A stretch of DNA of 40,176 nt, from positions 1-40,176 of the forward strand of contig DATBRW010000076.1 in assembly GCA_036560125.1 (NCBI GenBank). Reading direction: 5' to 3'. A program made the position numbers and the translations under genes. Position 1 is the first letter of the stretch. The number at the start of each line of letters is the position of its first letter. The notes under the pieces are model-generated. The model made no database searches. It had not been told where the DNA came from and saw only the letters and a list, made by a program, of their open reading frames with translations. Below are positions 8,442 to 22,285 of this stretch, in pieces. Origin of the DNA: Candidatus Limnocylindria bacterium. GTDB taxonomy: Bacteria > Chloroflexota > Limnocylindria > QHBO01.

Positions 8442-8581
8442 GCGCGGCGCGCGATCCGCAGCTGCAGGAGGCCAGCGCCGACCACGAAGGCGATGCCCAC
8501 GAAGATGAGCGGCAGGTTGCTGCCGCCCAGCACGCCGATCAGGATGATCAGCAGTCCGATCACAGCCAGGACCGCGGGCAT
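8438..8581 (-). CDS. Small hydrophobic membrane peptide (47 aa)
   Basis: Hand translation gives MPAVLAVIGLLIILIGVLGGSNLPLIFVGIAFVVGAGLLQLRIARRA. GGAGGGAG lies about 5 nt upstream of the ATG. Its TGA stop overlaps the GTG start of the HD gene (GTGA). It is below the ORF-track size cutoff. Confidence 0.4.
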   Translation of the reverse strand: MPAVLAVIGLLIILIGVLGGSNLPLIFVGIAFVVGAGLLQLRIARRA

Positions 8582-8642
8582 CGGCTCCCTCCGTCAGAGC
8601 GATTGCGTAGGGCCGGATTCTACGGCGGGCGAAGACTCGTGC

Positions 8643-11564
<2,922 letters not shown>

Positions 11565-11589
11565 CGCTCCGATGATACCAGACCGATGT

Positions 11590-11601
11590 GAACGCCCGTT
11601 C
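11590..11601. promoter_or_regulatory. Candidate LexA (Cheo-type) SOS box upstream of uvrA
   Basis: tGAACgcccGTTCg is a perfect GAAC-N4-GTTC palindrome, 26 nt upstream of the uvrA ATG. It lies 12 nt upstream of the -10-like TATCAT (11572-11577, minus strand). Confidence 0.5.
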
Positions 11602-11766
11602 GGTTTCAGCACGTAGGGATAGATGGTCATCCGGGATTTGAATGTTGGCGCGCATTCCTGACACCCGGTGACATGAATCGCACGCGGCCGCCGATTGCGG
11701 ACGCCAGGCGTGAATGCGGACGGCTTCGAGCCCGCCTGCTCGGCGCGGAGTTACCTCTGCGCGGAG

Positions 11767-13185
<1,419 letters not shown>

Positions 13186-13188
13186 AGG

Positions 13189-13716
13189 TCAGCGCACCAG
13201 CCCGTCGTAGTCGCTGACCACGAAGGTGTTGCGGCAGAACTCACGCAGGTCGGCGGCGCAGCCAGCCGCCGCCTCGTCATCGAAGTGACCGATGAAGACG
13301 AGCTGCTCCAGGCGCAGGTTCGGGCCGGTTGGCTCGGATCGGGATGGGAACGGCGCTCCGTTCATTGCCGAAAGTCGCAAGCCGTGCTGCTCCAGCTCGG
13401 CCTGGGTCACCTCCTCGCTCGGCTGCGCCGGCATGAGCACCCGCAGCGGGCAGTGATGCTCCAGCCATGGCACGGTCGACGCGGGCGGGCCTGGCGGCTC
13501 GACGCAGTCGGCATCCAGCGACGCGTACCACCCCACGATCCGCAGCTCCCCACTGCCATAGACGTCCGCCGGCGAGTCCTGCGCCAGAACCTGCGCCACG
13601 GTCAGGCGCTGGAGCTCCTCGCGTGGCTCGCCAATCGAGCCGATCACCAACAGCGTGAAGACGAACGCGCCCAGCAGCGCCACGATGCCGATCCCGATCC
13701 GCGTCTCCCGGTTCAC
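13189..13716 (-). CDS. Hypothetical membrane-anchored protein
   Basis: 175-aa ORF with an N-terminal TM ('IGIGIVALLGAFVFTLLVIG') and four Cys in the extracytoplasmic part. Its start overlaps the upstream stop (ATGA). No family recognised. Confidence 0.55.
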   Translation of the reverse strand: MNRETRIGIGIVALLGAFVFTLLVIGSIGEPREELQRLTVAQVLAQDSPADVYGSGELRIVGWYASLDADCVEPPGPPASTVPWLEHHCPLRVLMPAQPSEEVTQAELEQHGLRLSAMNGAPFPSRSEPTGPNLRLEQLVFIGHFDDEAAAGCAADLREFCRNTFVVSDYDGLVR

Positions 13717-14354
13717 GGCTTCGCCACCGTCTCAGCCCAGGCGTCGCGCAGCAGCTCGATCGAGCGCCGCCACAGCGCAACGCGGCCCTGATCGTTCAGC
13801 CAGGTGGACGCACCCGAGGGGTGCGGCAGGGCCAGGACCGATGCACCCGCCGCCAGGTCCCAGGTCAGTGGCTTCCCGACCAGGTCATCCAGCCGGGCCT
13901 GCGGCCCGAACGCGAAGCGATGGGCCAGCCCGCCGACCAGCAGCACCAGGTGCGGCGCCACCAGGCGCACCTCCTGCTCCAGGATCGGCGCCCAGATCGC
14001 CAGGTCGGCACGCGACGGCGGGGAGTCGACCGAGGCGCCGGGACGGCGGCCGGGATAGCACTTGCTGACGCTGGTCACGTACCAGCGGCTACGGAAGTCG
14101 TCCAGGCTGACGCCGGCGAGCGCCAGCCAGCCGGCCAGCCGCTTGCCAGCATCGTGGGCGAACGGCACGCCGGTGGCGATCTCGCGCCAGCCCGGCGCCT
14201 GCCCAATCAGCATCGCCTGTTCGGTGCCGTCGCCGGACAGCACGGGCACGGACCCGTCGCCGCAGCGCGGCATTCCGTCCTGGAAGGTGCGCAGCTCCGT
14301 GCCGGGCGGGGCGCGCCGCGGCTCGGGCACCACCCACTCCCCCGTGTGGCGCAC
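13713..14354 (-). CDS. Uracil-DNA glycosylase superfamily protein (family-4-like fold)
   Basis: It has a motif-A-like 'GQAPGWREIATGVPFAHDAGKRL' and a motif-B-like 'LALPHPSGAS'. The start is uncertain, either GTG at 14354 or ATG at 14273. The rest of the 325-aa track ORF overlaps the upstream gene. Confidence 0.7.
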   Translation of the reverse strand: MRHTGEWVVPEPRRAPPGTELRTFQDGMPRCGDGSVPVLSGDGTEQAMLIGQAPGWREIATGVPFAHDAGKRLAGWLALAGVSLDDFRSRWYVTSVSKCYPGRRPGASVDSPPSRADLAIWAPILEQEVRLVAPHLVLLVGGLAHRFAFGPQARLDDLVGKPLTWDLAAGASVLALPHPSGASTWLNDQGRVALWRRSIELLRDAWAETVAKP

Positions 14355-14374
14355 GCGCTTGGGCGCCAGGTCGG

Positions 14375-15004
14375 TCAGCCTCCACCCCCGCGCAACCGGT
14401 CGGCCAGCCGCAGATCGTCGGCAATCGCCAGGCGCAGGACGCGACGGACGCCGTCGCGCGTGGGCCCGGCCCGCTCCAGCGCATCGGTCACTAGGTCGCG
14501 CGCCGCATACAGGGCATCCACCGGGTCGTCCGCAACCGGCGCATCGGCGGGGTCGCCGATCTCGCCCGCCATGGCCACGTCCCGCGCGGCCACGGCCCGG
14601 ACGTCGGCCTCGACATCGGGTGCAAGAGAGCCGGCCGCATCCAGGGCGTCGGCCACGTCTTCGCGCGCCAGCTCCAGCCATCGCATCCACTGCGCGAACT
14701 CCGCGTCGGAGGGCGACAGCTCATCCAGGCTGAAGGCCGCGCGTCGCACGCCGTTCTCGCCGTGCTGGGCGGAGGCCCGTTCCACCTCGTACCAGTTGTC
14801 GCCGATCACGGTCGGCGCGGTTTCGCCTCGCTCGCGCAGCCAGCCACCGAAGGACGCGACGCGAGCCGGCATGGCGGCCGCGGCAGCCTCGTCACTGTCG
14901 CCGAAGACGGCACAGCCCGGAAACTCGGCGGCGTAGGCGGCGTACGTGCCGGGACCGTCCACGTCGGGCTCCATGAAGATGGCGTGCGGCATGGTGCCGG
15001 CCAT
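14375..15004 (-). CDS. HicB-like (UPF0150 fold) N-terminal domain protein with acidic helical C-terminal region
   Basis: The N-terminus 'HAIFMEPDVDGPGTYAAYAAEFPGCAVFGDSDEAAAAAMPARVASFGGWL' follows the HicB/UPF0150 pattern (..DG.Y.A.VP.LPGC...G.T.EEA). The C-terminal ~140 aa are Asp/Ala-rich with no family recognised. Confidence 0.5.
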   Translation of the reverse strand: MAGTMPHAIFMEPDVDGPGTYAAYAAEFPGCAVFGDSDEAAAAAMPARVASFGGWLRERGETAPTVIGDNWYEVERASAQHGENGVRRAAFSLDELSPSDAEFAQWMRWLELAREDVADALDAAGSLAPDVEADVRAVAARDVAMAGEIGDPADAPVADDPVDALYAARDLVTDALERAGPTRDGVRRVLRLAIADDLRLADRLRGGGG

Positions 15005-15035
15005 CAGCTGGGCTCCACCTCCAGGCCGAGGGCGG

Positions 15036-17183
<2,148 letters not shown>

Positions 17184-17309
17184 GACGGCAAGGACCTGTG
17201 CGGGCGACCTGCGGGGTACCCAGATCTTACCGAAACCTCCATCGGTACCGATACGGGACACCCGAGCGGCCTATAGGAGGCGTGACCCTTCATTTCTACA
17301 TTGGCGCCG

Positions 17310-17972
17310 ATGCCCCGGGTTGTCCTGAATCACGCTCGTCGTACGCGCCCGGTCCCGCAGGGGGCCGGGCGTTTGTCGCTTGCCGGCCATCGCCGGGTGG
17401 GCGCGCTCCTGCGTGGTGCCGCTGCCCAAGGCCAGGCGATGGTCGAATTCGCAGCGGTGCTGCTGCCGGTCCTGCTGCTGATCGTGGGGATCGTCCAGTT
17501 CGGCCTGCTGTTCGGGGCGAACGTCACGCTGACCAATGCCGCTCGCGAGGCAGCGCGCGCCGGAACGATCTACATCTATGACTACACCCACACCAAGGCC
17601 TGGAACGACGCCCAGCGCTGCGGCGACGTGGCCGATGCGGCGCTGCAGTCGATGGGCTTCCTCTCGACCTCGTCGCCGCACTTCGCGGTCACCCTGTCGG
17701 GCGGCGCGTGCCCCACGCCGAGTGGCGACGGGCAGACGAACGGCAACCTGACGATCAGCTACTGCGACCACGTCAACACGCCGGAAGGCAACTGCCCCGA
17801 CAGCACCGACACCGGCACCCGGTGCGCGCCGGACACGCGTGACGCCTGCCTGGTGCGGGTAACCCTCACCTACCGGTCGGATGTGATCGTGCCGTTCATC
17901 GGGGGCCTGATCGGGACCGATGCCAACGGCCGCTTCGCGCAGAACGCCACCGCCACCATGGTGGTGAACTGA
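17310..17972 (+). CDS. TadE/TadF-like pseudopilin
   Basis: The TadE-type N-terminal motif 'GQAMVEFAAVLLPVLLLIVGIVQFG' follows a basic leader. The start is uncertain: ATG 17310 (TACATT 7 nt upstream), TTG 17301 or GTG 17397. The stop overlaps the next ATG by 1 nt. Confidence 0.7.
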   Translation: MPRVVLNHARRTRPVPQGAGRLSLAGHRRVGALLRGAAAQGQAMVEFAAVLLPVLLLIVGIVQFGLLFGANVTLTNAAREAARAGTIYIYDYTHTKAWNDAQRCGDVADAALQSMGFLSTSSPHFAVTLSGGACPTPSGDGQTNGNLTISYCDHVNTPEGNCPDSTDTGTRCAPDTRDACLVRVTLTYRSDVIVPFIGGLIGTDANGRFAQNATATMVVN

Positions 17973-19876
17973 TGCGCGGCCAGGTGCTGGTGATCTTCGC
18001 GTTCCTCCTGGTCATTCTGCTGGGCTTCACCGGCGTCGCCATCGACATTGGGCGGCAGAACGCGGAGCAGCGTCATATCCAGACAGCGGCAGACGCCGCT
18101 GCGCTCGCGGCCTGCCGCGCCCTCATCGACGGGGCCTCCGACAATGCCGCCGCCGCCGAGGCGCGCACCGTGGCGGACATCAACATGGAGCGCTCGCCGT
18201 CGGGCACCAGCGGCGTCATCGCGCCGGACATCGCCAAGGGTTACGAGGACGGGCACGCCGGCGACCCGGCCTATCTGCGCAGCGGCGTGATCGTGAGCGG
18301 CACCTCCGTTCGGGTGGCCATCTCCTCGACCGTCGACACGACCCTGGCCCGCGTGGTCGGCATCCCGACGCTGGACGCCAGCGCCAGGGCACGCTGCACA
18401 TTGCAGGGGGGACCGGCTGTGCCCATCGTCGCGCGGCGCTATGAAAGCGCCCCCGGCCCGGGTGGCGGCTTCACCGACTTCCTGGCCAGCATCGCCACCA
18501 GCACCACCGGCGCGGTCGACACCGTCAATCCGTGGGGCTACGGCGGACGCACCCCAGCCACCGAGGCGGCGCCGGGACCGACGTTCGAGCTCTACGGACC
18601 CGGTGCCAAGTCGGCCAACGACAGTAACTTCCGCGGCTTCGTGGCCCTGGATGTCCGCAACTTCGAGTCCACCACCTCTCGCGTCTACTACAACGGCGTG
18701 GCTTCGGGGACCAACGAGCAGACGCTCAAGAACAAGGAAGGCGCGTACCTGCTGTCGGGATACCCAGGACCGATGTTCCCGCCCGTCACCAACCCGGCGG
18801 ACCCGGACGACCAGGTCGCCGTACTGCTCGGCAACGACACGAACATGGTCGTCCACAACTTCGACGACGTGTATGTCGTCGGCGATCGGCTCCTGCTGGC
18901 GATCTACAGCGGCACAGTCATGCAGATCCCCGACTTCGCCATCACGCCGCCGTCCGGGCTCACGTTGGCGTCCACCGGCGGACCGGTGAACGGCCCGAAC
19001 TTCACCGTCACGCGCAACGATGCCTTCAGCAGCACGGTGACCCTGCACCTGCACGGCGACGCCGCGGCATCGGCGATCGGCCACGCCGCCTGGGACATCC
19101 TGCCCGATCCGCCGGTCTCGCCACCCGGGGCGGGTGACATGAACCAGCCGACCTGGTCCACCAATGTCTTCATCCCGGCCAAGAACGGCACCACGGTGAG
19201 CACCAGCGGCATCCGGACCAACGCCGTACCGGCCGGGATCTACACCGTCTGGCTGGAGGGCCACTCAGGCAACCCCTACTTCCAGACCCGTCGCTATCCG
19301 GTGCCGGTCAAGGTCGGCGGCGCGGTCCGCGACTTCAGCCTGGCCAACTCGACCACCAGCGCCACGATCGCCGCGATGGGCGGCACTGCCGCGATCCCGA
19401 TCTACACCTCGACCACCAGCGCCAATGCGACCAAGTGGGGCGCTACGGGCAGCGCGGTGACGCTCGGCGTCGATGCCGGCTCGTTCACCGACTGCTCCCT
19501 GAACGCCGCCACCATCGGCGCCGGCCAGCTGACCTTCTCGTCTTCCAGCGTGACGCCGACGTCATCGGGCAGCGGGGCGCTGTCGACGCTGACCATCAAC
19601 AGCGTGGGCCTGGCGCCCGGCTGCTATCGGTTCAACGTCCGTGCTTACGGCACCAATGGCGACGGGCAACCGGTTGTCCATATCCAGCCGATCACCTTCA
19701 CGGTGGCCACCTCGGCCAGCTCGGGCAGCTACGTGGACGTCATCGGCTTCGGTGTCTTCCAGATCACCGATATCAACTCCAACGCCATATCCGGTCGCGC
19801 CGTGAGCGGCATCTATCCAGATCCAACCGACCAGAACCTGCGCCGTGCCCAGAGCGCGCGGCTTCGACCCTGGTAG
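17972..19876 (+). CDS. TadG-like pilus-associated protein with large C-terminal beta-rich region
   Basis: 634-aa ORF. The N-terminus 'GQVLVIFAFLLVILLGFTGVAIDIGR' matches the Tad/TadG N-terminal membrane motif. The remainder is T/S/G-rich with two similar ~125-aa modules. Confidence 0.7.
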   Translation: MRGQVLVIFAFLLVILLGFTGVAIDIGRQNAEQRHIQTAADAAALAACRALIDGASDNAAAAEARTVADINMERSPSGTSGVIAPDIAKGYEDGHAGDPAYLRSGVIVSGTSVRVAISSTVDTTLARVVGIPTLDASARARCTLQGGPAVPIVARRYESAPGPGGGFTDFLASIATSTTGAVDTVNPWGYGGRTPATEAAPGPTFELYGPGAKSANDSNFRGFVALDVRNFESTTSRVYYNGVASGTNEQTLKNKEGAYLLSGYPGPMFPPVTNPADPDDQVAVLLGNDTNMVVHNFDDVYVVGDRLLLAIYSGTVMQIPDFAITPPSGLTLASTGGPVNGPNFTVTRNDAFSSTVTLHLHGDAAASAIGHAAWDILPDPPVSPPGAGDMNQPTWSTNVFIPAKNGTTVSTSGIRTNAVPAGIYTVWLEGHSGNPYFQTRRYPVPVKVGGAVRDFSLANSTTSATIAAMGGTAAIPIYTSTTSANATKWGATGSAVTLGVDAGSFTDCSLNAATIGAGQLTFSSSSVTPTSSGSGALSTLTINSVGLAPGCYRFNVRAYGTNGDGQPVVHIQPITFTVATSASSGSYVDVIGFGVFQITDINSNAISGRAVSGIYPDPTDQNLRRAQSARLRPW

Positions 19877-19895
19877 CTCCAAGGAGATAACCGTC

Positions 19896-20717
19896 GTGGA
19901 ACTCGAGTACTCGGACAAGAACAGCAAGCGGTCGAAGCTCTACCTGGCCGTTGGCCTGCTGATGGCCCTCATGGTGGCGGGGATCGTCTTCGTCGCCCTG
20001 CAGGCCAGCAGCCTCCTGCCGCAGGACGATGTCGTCATGCGCGACGTGGTGGTGGCGGCCCGCGACATCCCGGGTCGAAAGCCCATCGAGGAGGGCGACC
20101 TGGTCATGCGCAGCGTCGTCGCCGACTCGACCAACGACTCGGCCATGACACGCATCGATGAGGTCCTGGGCCGCGTCTCGGGCGTCACCATCATGACCGG
20201 GCAGATGCTCACCCAGAACATGCTCGCCTCCAGCACCCAGGGTCAGGCTTACTCGATCCTGGAGCCTGGCGAGGAGTTCGATCCGGAGGGGCCGGACATG
20301 CGCGCCGTGAGCGTATCGGTGCCGGATGATAAGGCGGTGGCCGGAACCCTGGTCCCCGGCCAGCTGGTCGACCTGATCGTGACCATGGCCATCAACCCGG
20401 AGATCGGCCAGACGGCGGAGCAGGCCGAGCAGACGCAGTCCGACATCATCCCGGGGCCATCGACCAAGGTCACGCTCCAGTCGCTGACCATCCTGGCCCG
20501 CAACGGCGGCCTCTACATCCTGCGCACAGACCTGGCCACCGCCGAGAAGGTGGCGGAGCTCACCGCGGCCGGCGGCCAGTTCACCTTCGTGCTCCGGCCG
20601 GACGTGGACGATCGCGTGGCGACCACCAATGGCTCGACCATCGACACCCTGATCGATGAGTTCGGGTTCCCCGTCCCGAAGCCGCCGGTCTTCGAGGACC
20701 GCAGCGCGGAGCGCTGA
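19896..20717 (+). CDS. cpaB: Flp pilus assembly protein CpaB/RcpC
   Basis: The GTG start at 19896 is preceded by AAGGAG. It has an N-terminal TM ('LYLAVGLLMALMVAGIVFVAL'), a SAF-like segment 'VVVAARDIPGRKPIEEGDL', and 'VSVSVPDDKAVAGTLVPGQLVDLIV'. Confidence 0.75.
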   Translation: MELEYSDKNSKRSKLYLAVGLLMALMVAGIVFVALQASSLLPQDDVVMRDVVVAARDIPGRKPIEEGDLVMRSVVADSTNDSAMTRIDEVLGRVSGVTIMTGQMLTQNMLASSTQGQAYSILEPGEEFDPEGPDMRAVSVSVPDDKAVAGTLVPGQLVDLIVTMAINPEIGQTAEQAEQTQSDIIPGPSTKVTLQSLTILARNGGLYILRTDLATAEKVAELTAAGGQFTFVLRPDVDDRVATTNGSTIDTLIDEFGFPVPKPPVFEDRSAER

Positions 20718-20746
20718 TTCAGGCCGACTCCACGACGGCACCGATG

Positions 20747-20782
20747 ACGCCGGTCCCCTGAGGGCCGGCGTTTCGGTTTCTT
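20747..20782 (+). terminator. Intrinsic terminator after cpaB
   Basis: The hairpin is ACGCCGG(t)CCC-ctga-GGGCCGGCGT (7+3 bp with a 1-nt bulge), followed by TTCGGTTTCTT. Confidence 0.55.
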
Positions 20783-20788
20783 GGCGGC

Positions 20789-21361
20789 CTAGCTGGCCAT
20801 CACCTGCGCGAAGGCATCGTCCACCTCACGACGGGTCTCGTCGAGCGGCGCGGAGCCATCGATCACCACGTCGGCGGCGGCAACCTTGTCTTCCTGCGGC
20901 GACTGGTTGGCCAGGCGGGCGCGCGCCTCCACCTCGCTCATGCCGCGCGACGCCGCCACGCGCGCCACGGCATCGTCCTCGTCGCAGCGCACAACCCAGG
21001 TACTGTCGCAGGCGTCGTTCAGCGGCGACTCGAGCAGCTTGATCGCCTCGATGCAGGCGGCCTCCGCGCCGGCAGCCTCCAGCTCCGCCAGGCGAATCCG
21101 CGTCTCGTTGCGGACCAGGGGGTGCAGGATCGCCTCCAGGTCGCGCAGGGCGACAGGGTCGCTGAAGACGATAGGCGCCAGCTTCCCCGCCTCGATCGTT
21201 CCGAAGCGCGCCTCGATCCGGCGTCGCGCTTCCGCGTCGTTGTTGCGGATCTGGCGGGCGACGGCGTCCAGGTCGATCACCGCCACCCCCATCTCGCGCA
21301 GCCAGCCGGCCACGGTCGACTTGCCGCAGCCGATGTTGCCGGTGAGCCCGATCACCTTCAC
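20789..21361 (-). CDS. coaE: Dephospho-CoA kinase
   Basis: The GTG start at 21361 gives 'VKVIGLTGNIGCGKST' (P-loop at the N-terminus as in CoaE). This start overlaps the mutM stop (GTGA). Confidence 0.88.
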   Translation of the reverse strand: MKVIGLTGNIGCGKSTVAGWLREMGVAVIDLDAVARQIRNNDAEARRRIEARFGTIEAGKLAPIVFSDPVALRDLEAILHPLVRNETRIRLAELEAAGAEAACIEAIKLLESPLNDACDSTWVVRCDEDDAVARVAASRGMSEVEARARLANQSPQEDKVAAADVVIDGSAPLDETRREVDDAFAQVMAS

Positions 21362-22281
21362 GCGGCATCCCCCGTTGCACCCTCTGCCGCCGGCGCCTTC
21401 TGGCAGCGCGGGCAGAAGTGCGTGCTGCGCTGCCCAACCACGATCCGTTCGATCGGCCGGCCGCACCGGAAGCAGGGCTCGCCGGTCCGGCGGTAGACCG
21501 CCAGCCGTTCCGCGTTGTCGCCTGGCTGGTCATCGGCCCCGACGTAGTCGCCGAAACTGGTGCCCCGGTTGCTGATGCCCTGGCGCAGGACGGACCGCAT
21601 GGCCCGATGCAGCCGCCGCACCTCGTCCGGTGTCAGCGAGTCGGCGGTACGCAGAGGGTGGAGGCGTGCCCGCCACAGCGCCTCGTCGGCGTAGATGTTG
21701 CCGACGCCGGCCACGAACGACTGGTCGAGCAGCAGCGTCTTGAGCCGTGCCGAGCGCCCGCGCAGCCGCTCCGCCAGCTTGGCGGCGGTGAAGGTCGTGG
21801 CCAACGGCTCCGGCCCGTGGCGGCCGAATACGTCGCCAACCCGGTACGGCGCCTTGGGGTCCCCCACTCGCTTGGACCGACCACGGCGTTTGGATGGACG
21901 GCGCACCAACCCCCCGCCCTCCCACAGGCCGATGCGCCCGAACTTGCGCACGTCGCGGTAGCGCAGCTCCCGTCCATCGGCGAGCTGGAACACGACCCGC
22001 GCGTAGGGATCGTCCGGCGTGCCGGCCGGCGCCACGATCAGCGCCCCGGTCATGCGCAGCGCCACGGTCATGACCCGCCCATCGGCCAGGTTGATAAGCA
22101 CGCTCTTGGCGCGGCGGCCCACGCGGCTGATCTGTGCGCCGCGGATCTCGGCCACGAACTGCTCCGGCTCCGGATGGCGGATGGTCCGCGCCCATCGGAC
22201 CTCCGCATCGGTGATCTGCGCGCCCGCGACCCAGCGCTGCAGGTCCCGCGCGACGGTCTCGACCTCCGGCAGCTCGGGCAT
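21358..22281 (-). CDS. mutM: Formamidopyrimidine-DNA glycosylase (Fpg/MutM)
   Basis: The protein starts 'MPELPEVE' and ends with the zinc finger 'CFRCGRPIERIVVGQRSTHFCPRCQ'. A basic insert of about 25 aa ('RRPSKRRGRSKRVGDPKAPYRV') precedes 'GPEPL'. It starts 4 nt after the polA stop. Confidence 0.9.
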   Translation of the reverse strand: MPELPEVETVARDLQRWVAGAQITDAEVRWARTIRHPEPEQFVAEIRGAQISRVGRRAKSVLINLADGRVMTVALRMTGALIVAPAGTPDDPYARVVFQLADGRELRYRDVRKFGRIGLWEGGGLVRRPSKRRGRSKRVGDPKAPYRVGDVFGRHGPEPLATTFTAAKLAERLRGRSARLKTLLLDQSFVAGVGNIYADEALWRARLHPLRTADSLTPDEVRRLHRAMRSVLRQGISNRGTSFGDYVGADDQPGDNAERLAVYRRTGEPCFRCGRPIERIVVGQRSTHFCPRCQKAPAAEGATGDAA

Positions 22282-22285
22282 CTGG

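Noticed and set aside
11565-11630. Longer starts for uvrA (11630), uvrB (17261) and polA (25246) as given by the ORF track.
   Set aside because: The canonical N-termini of these families begin at the internal ATGs (11564, 17183, 25183). The uvrA extension would also contain the -10-like hexamer and the SOS box.
14375-15004. A HicAB toxin-antitoxin module.
   Set aside because: No HicA-like small ORF flanks it. The protein lacks the usual C-terminal DNA-binding domain. It is embedded in a tightly packed uvrB-UDG gene run.
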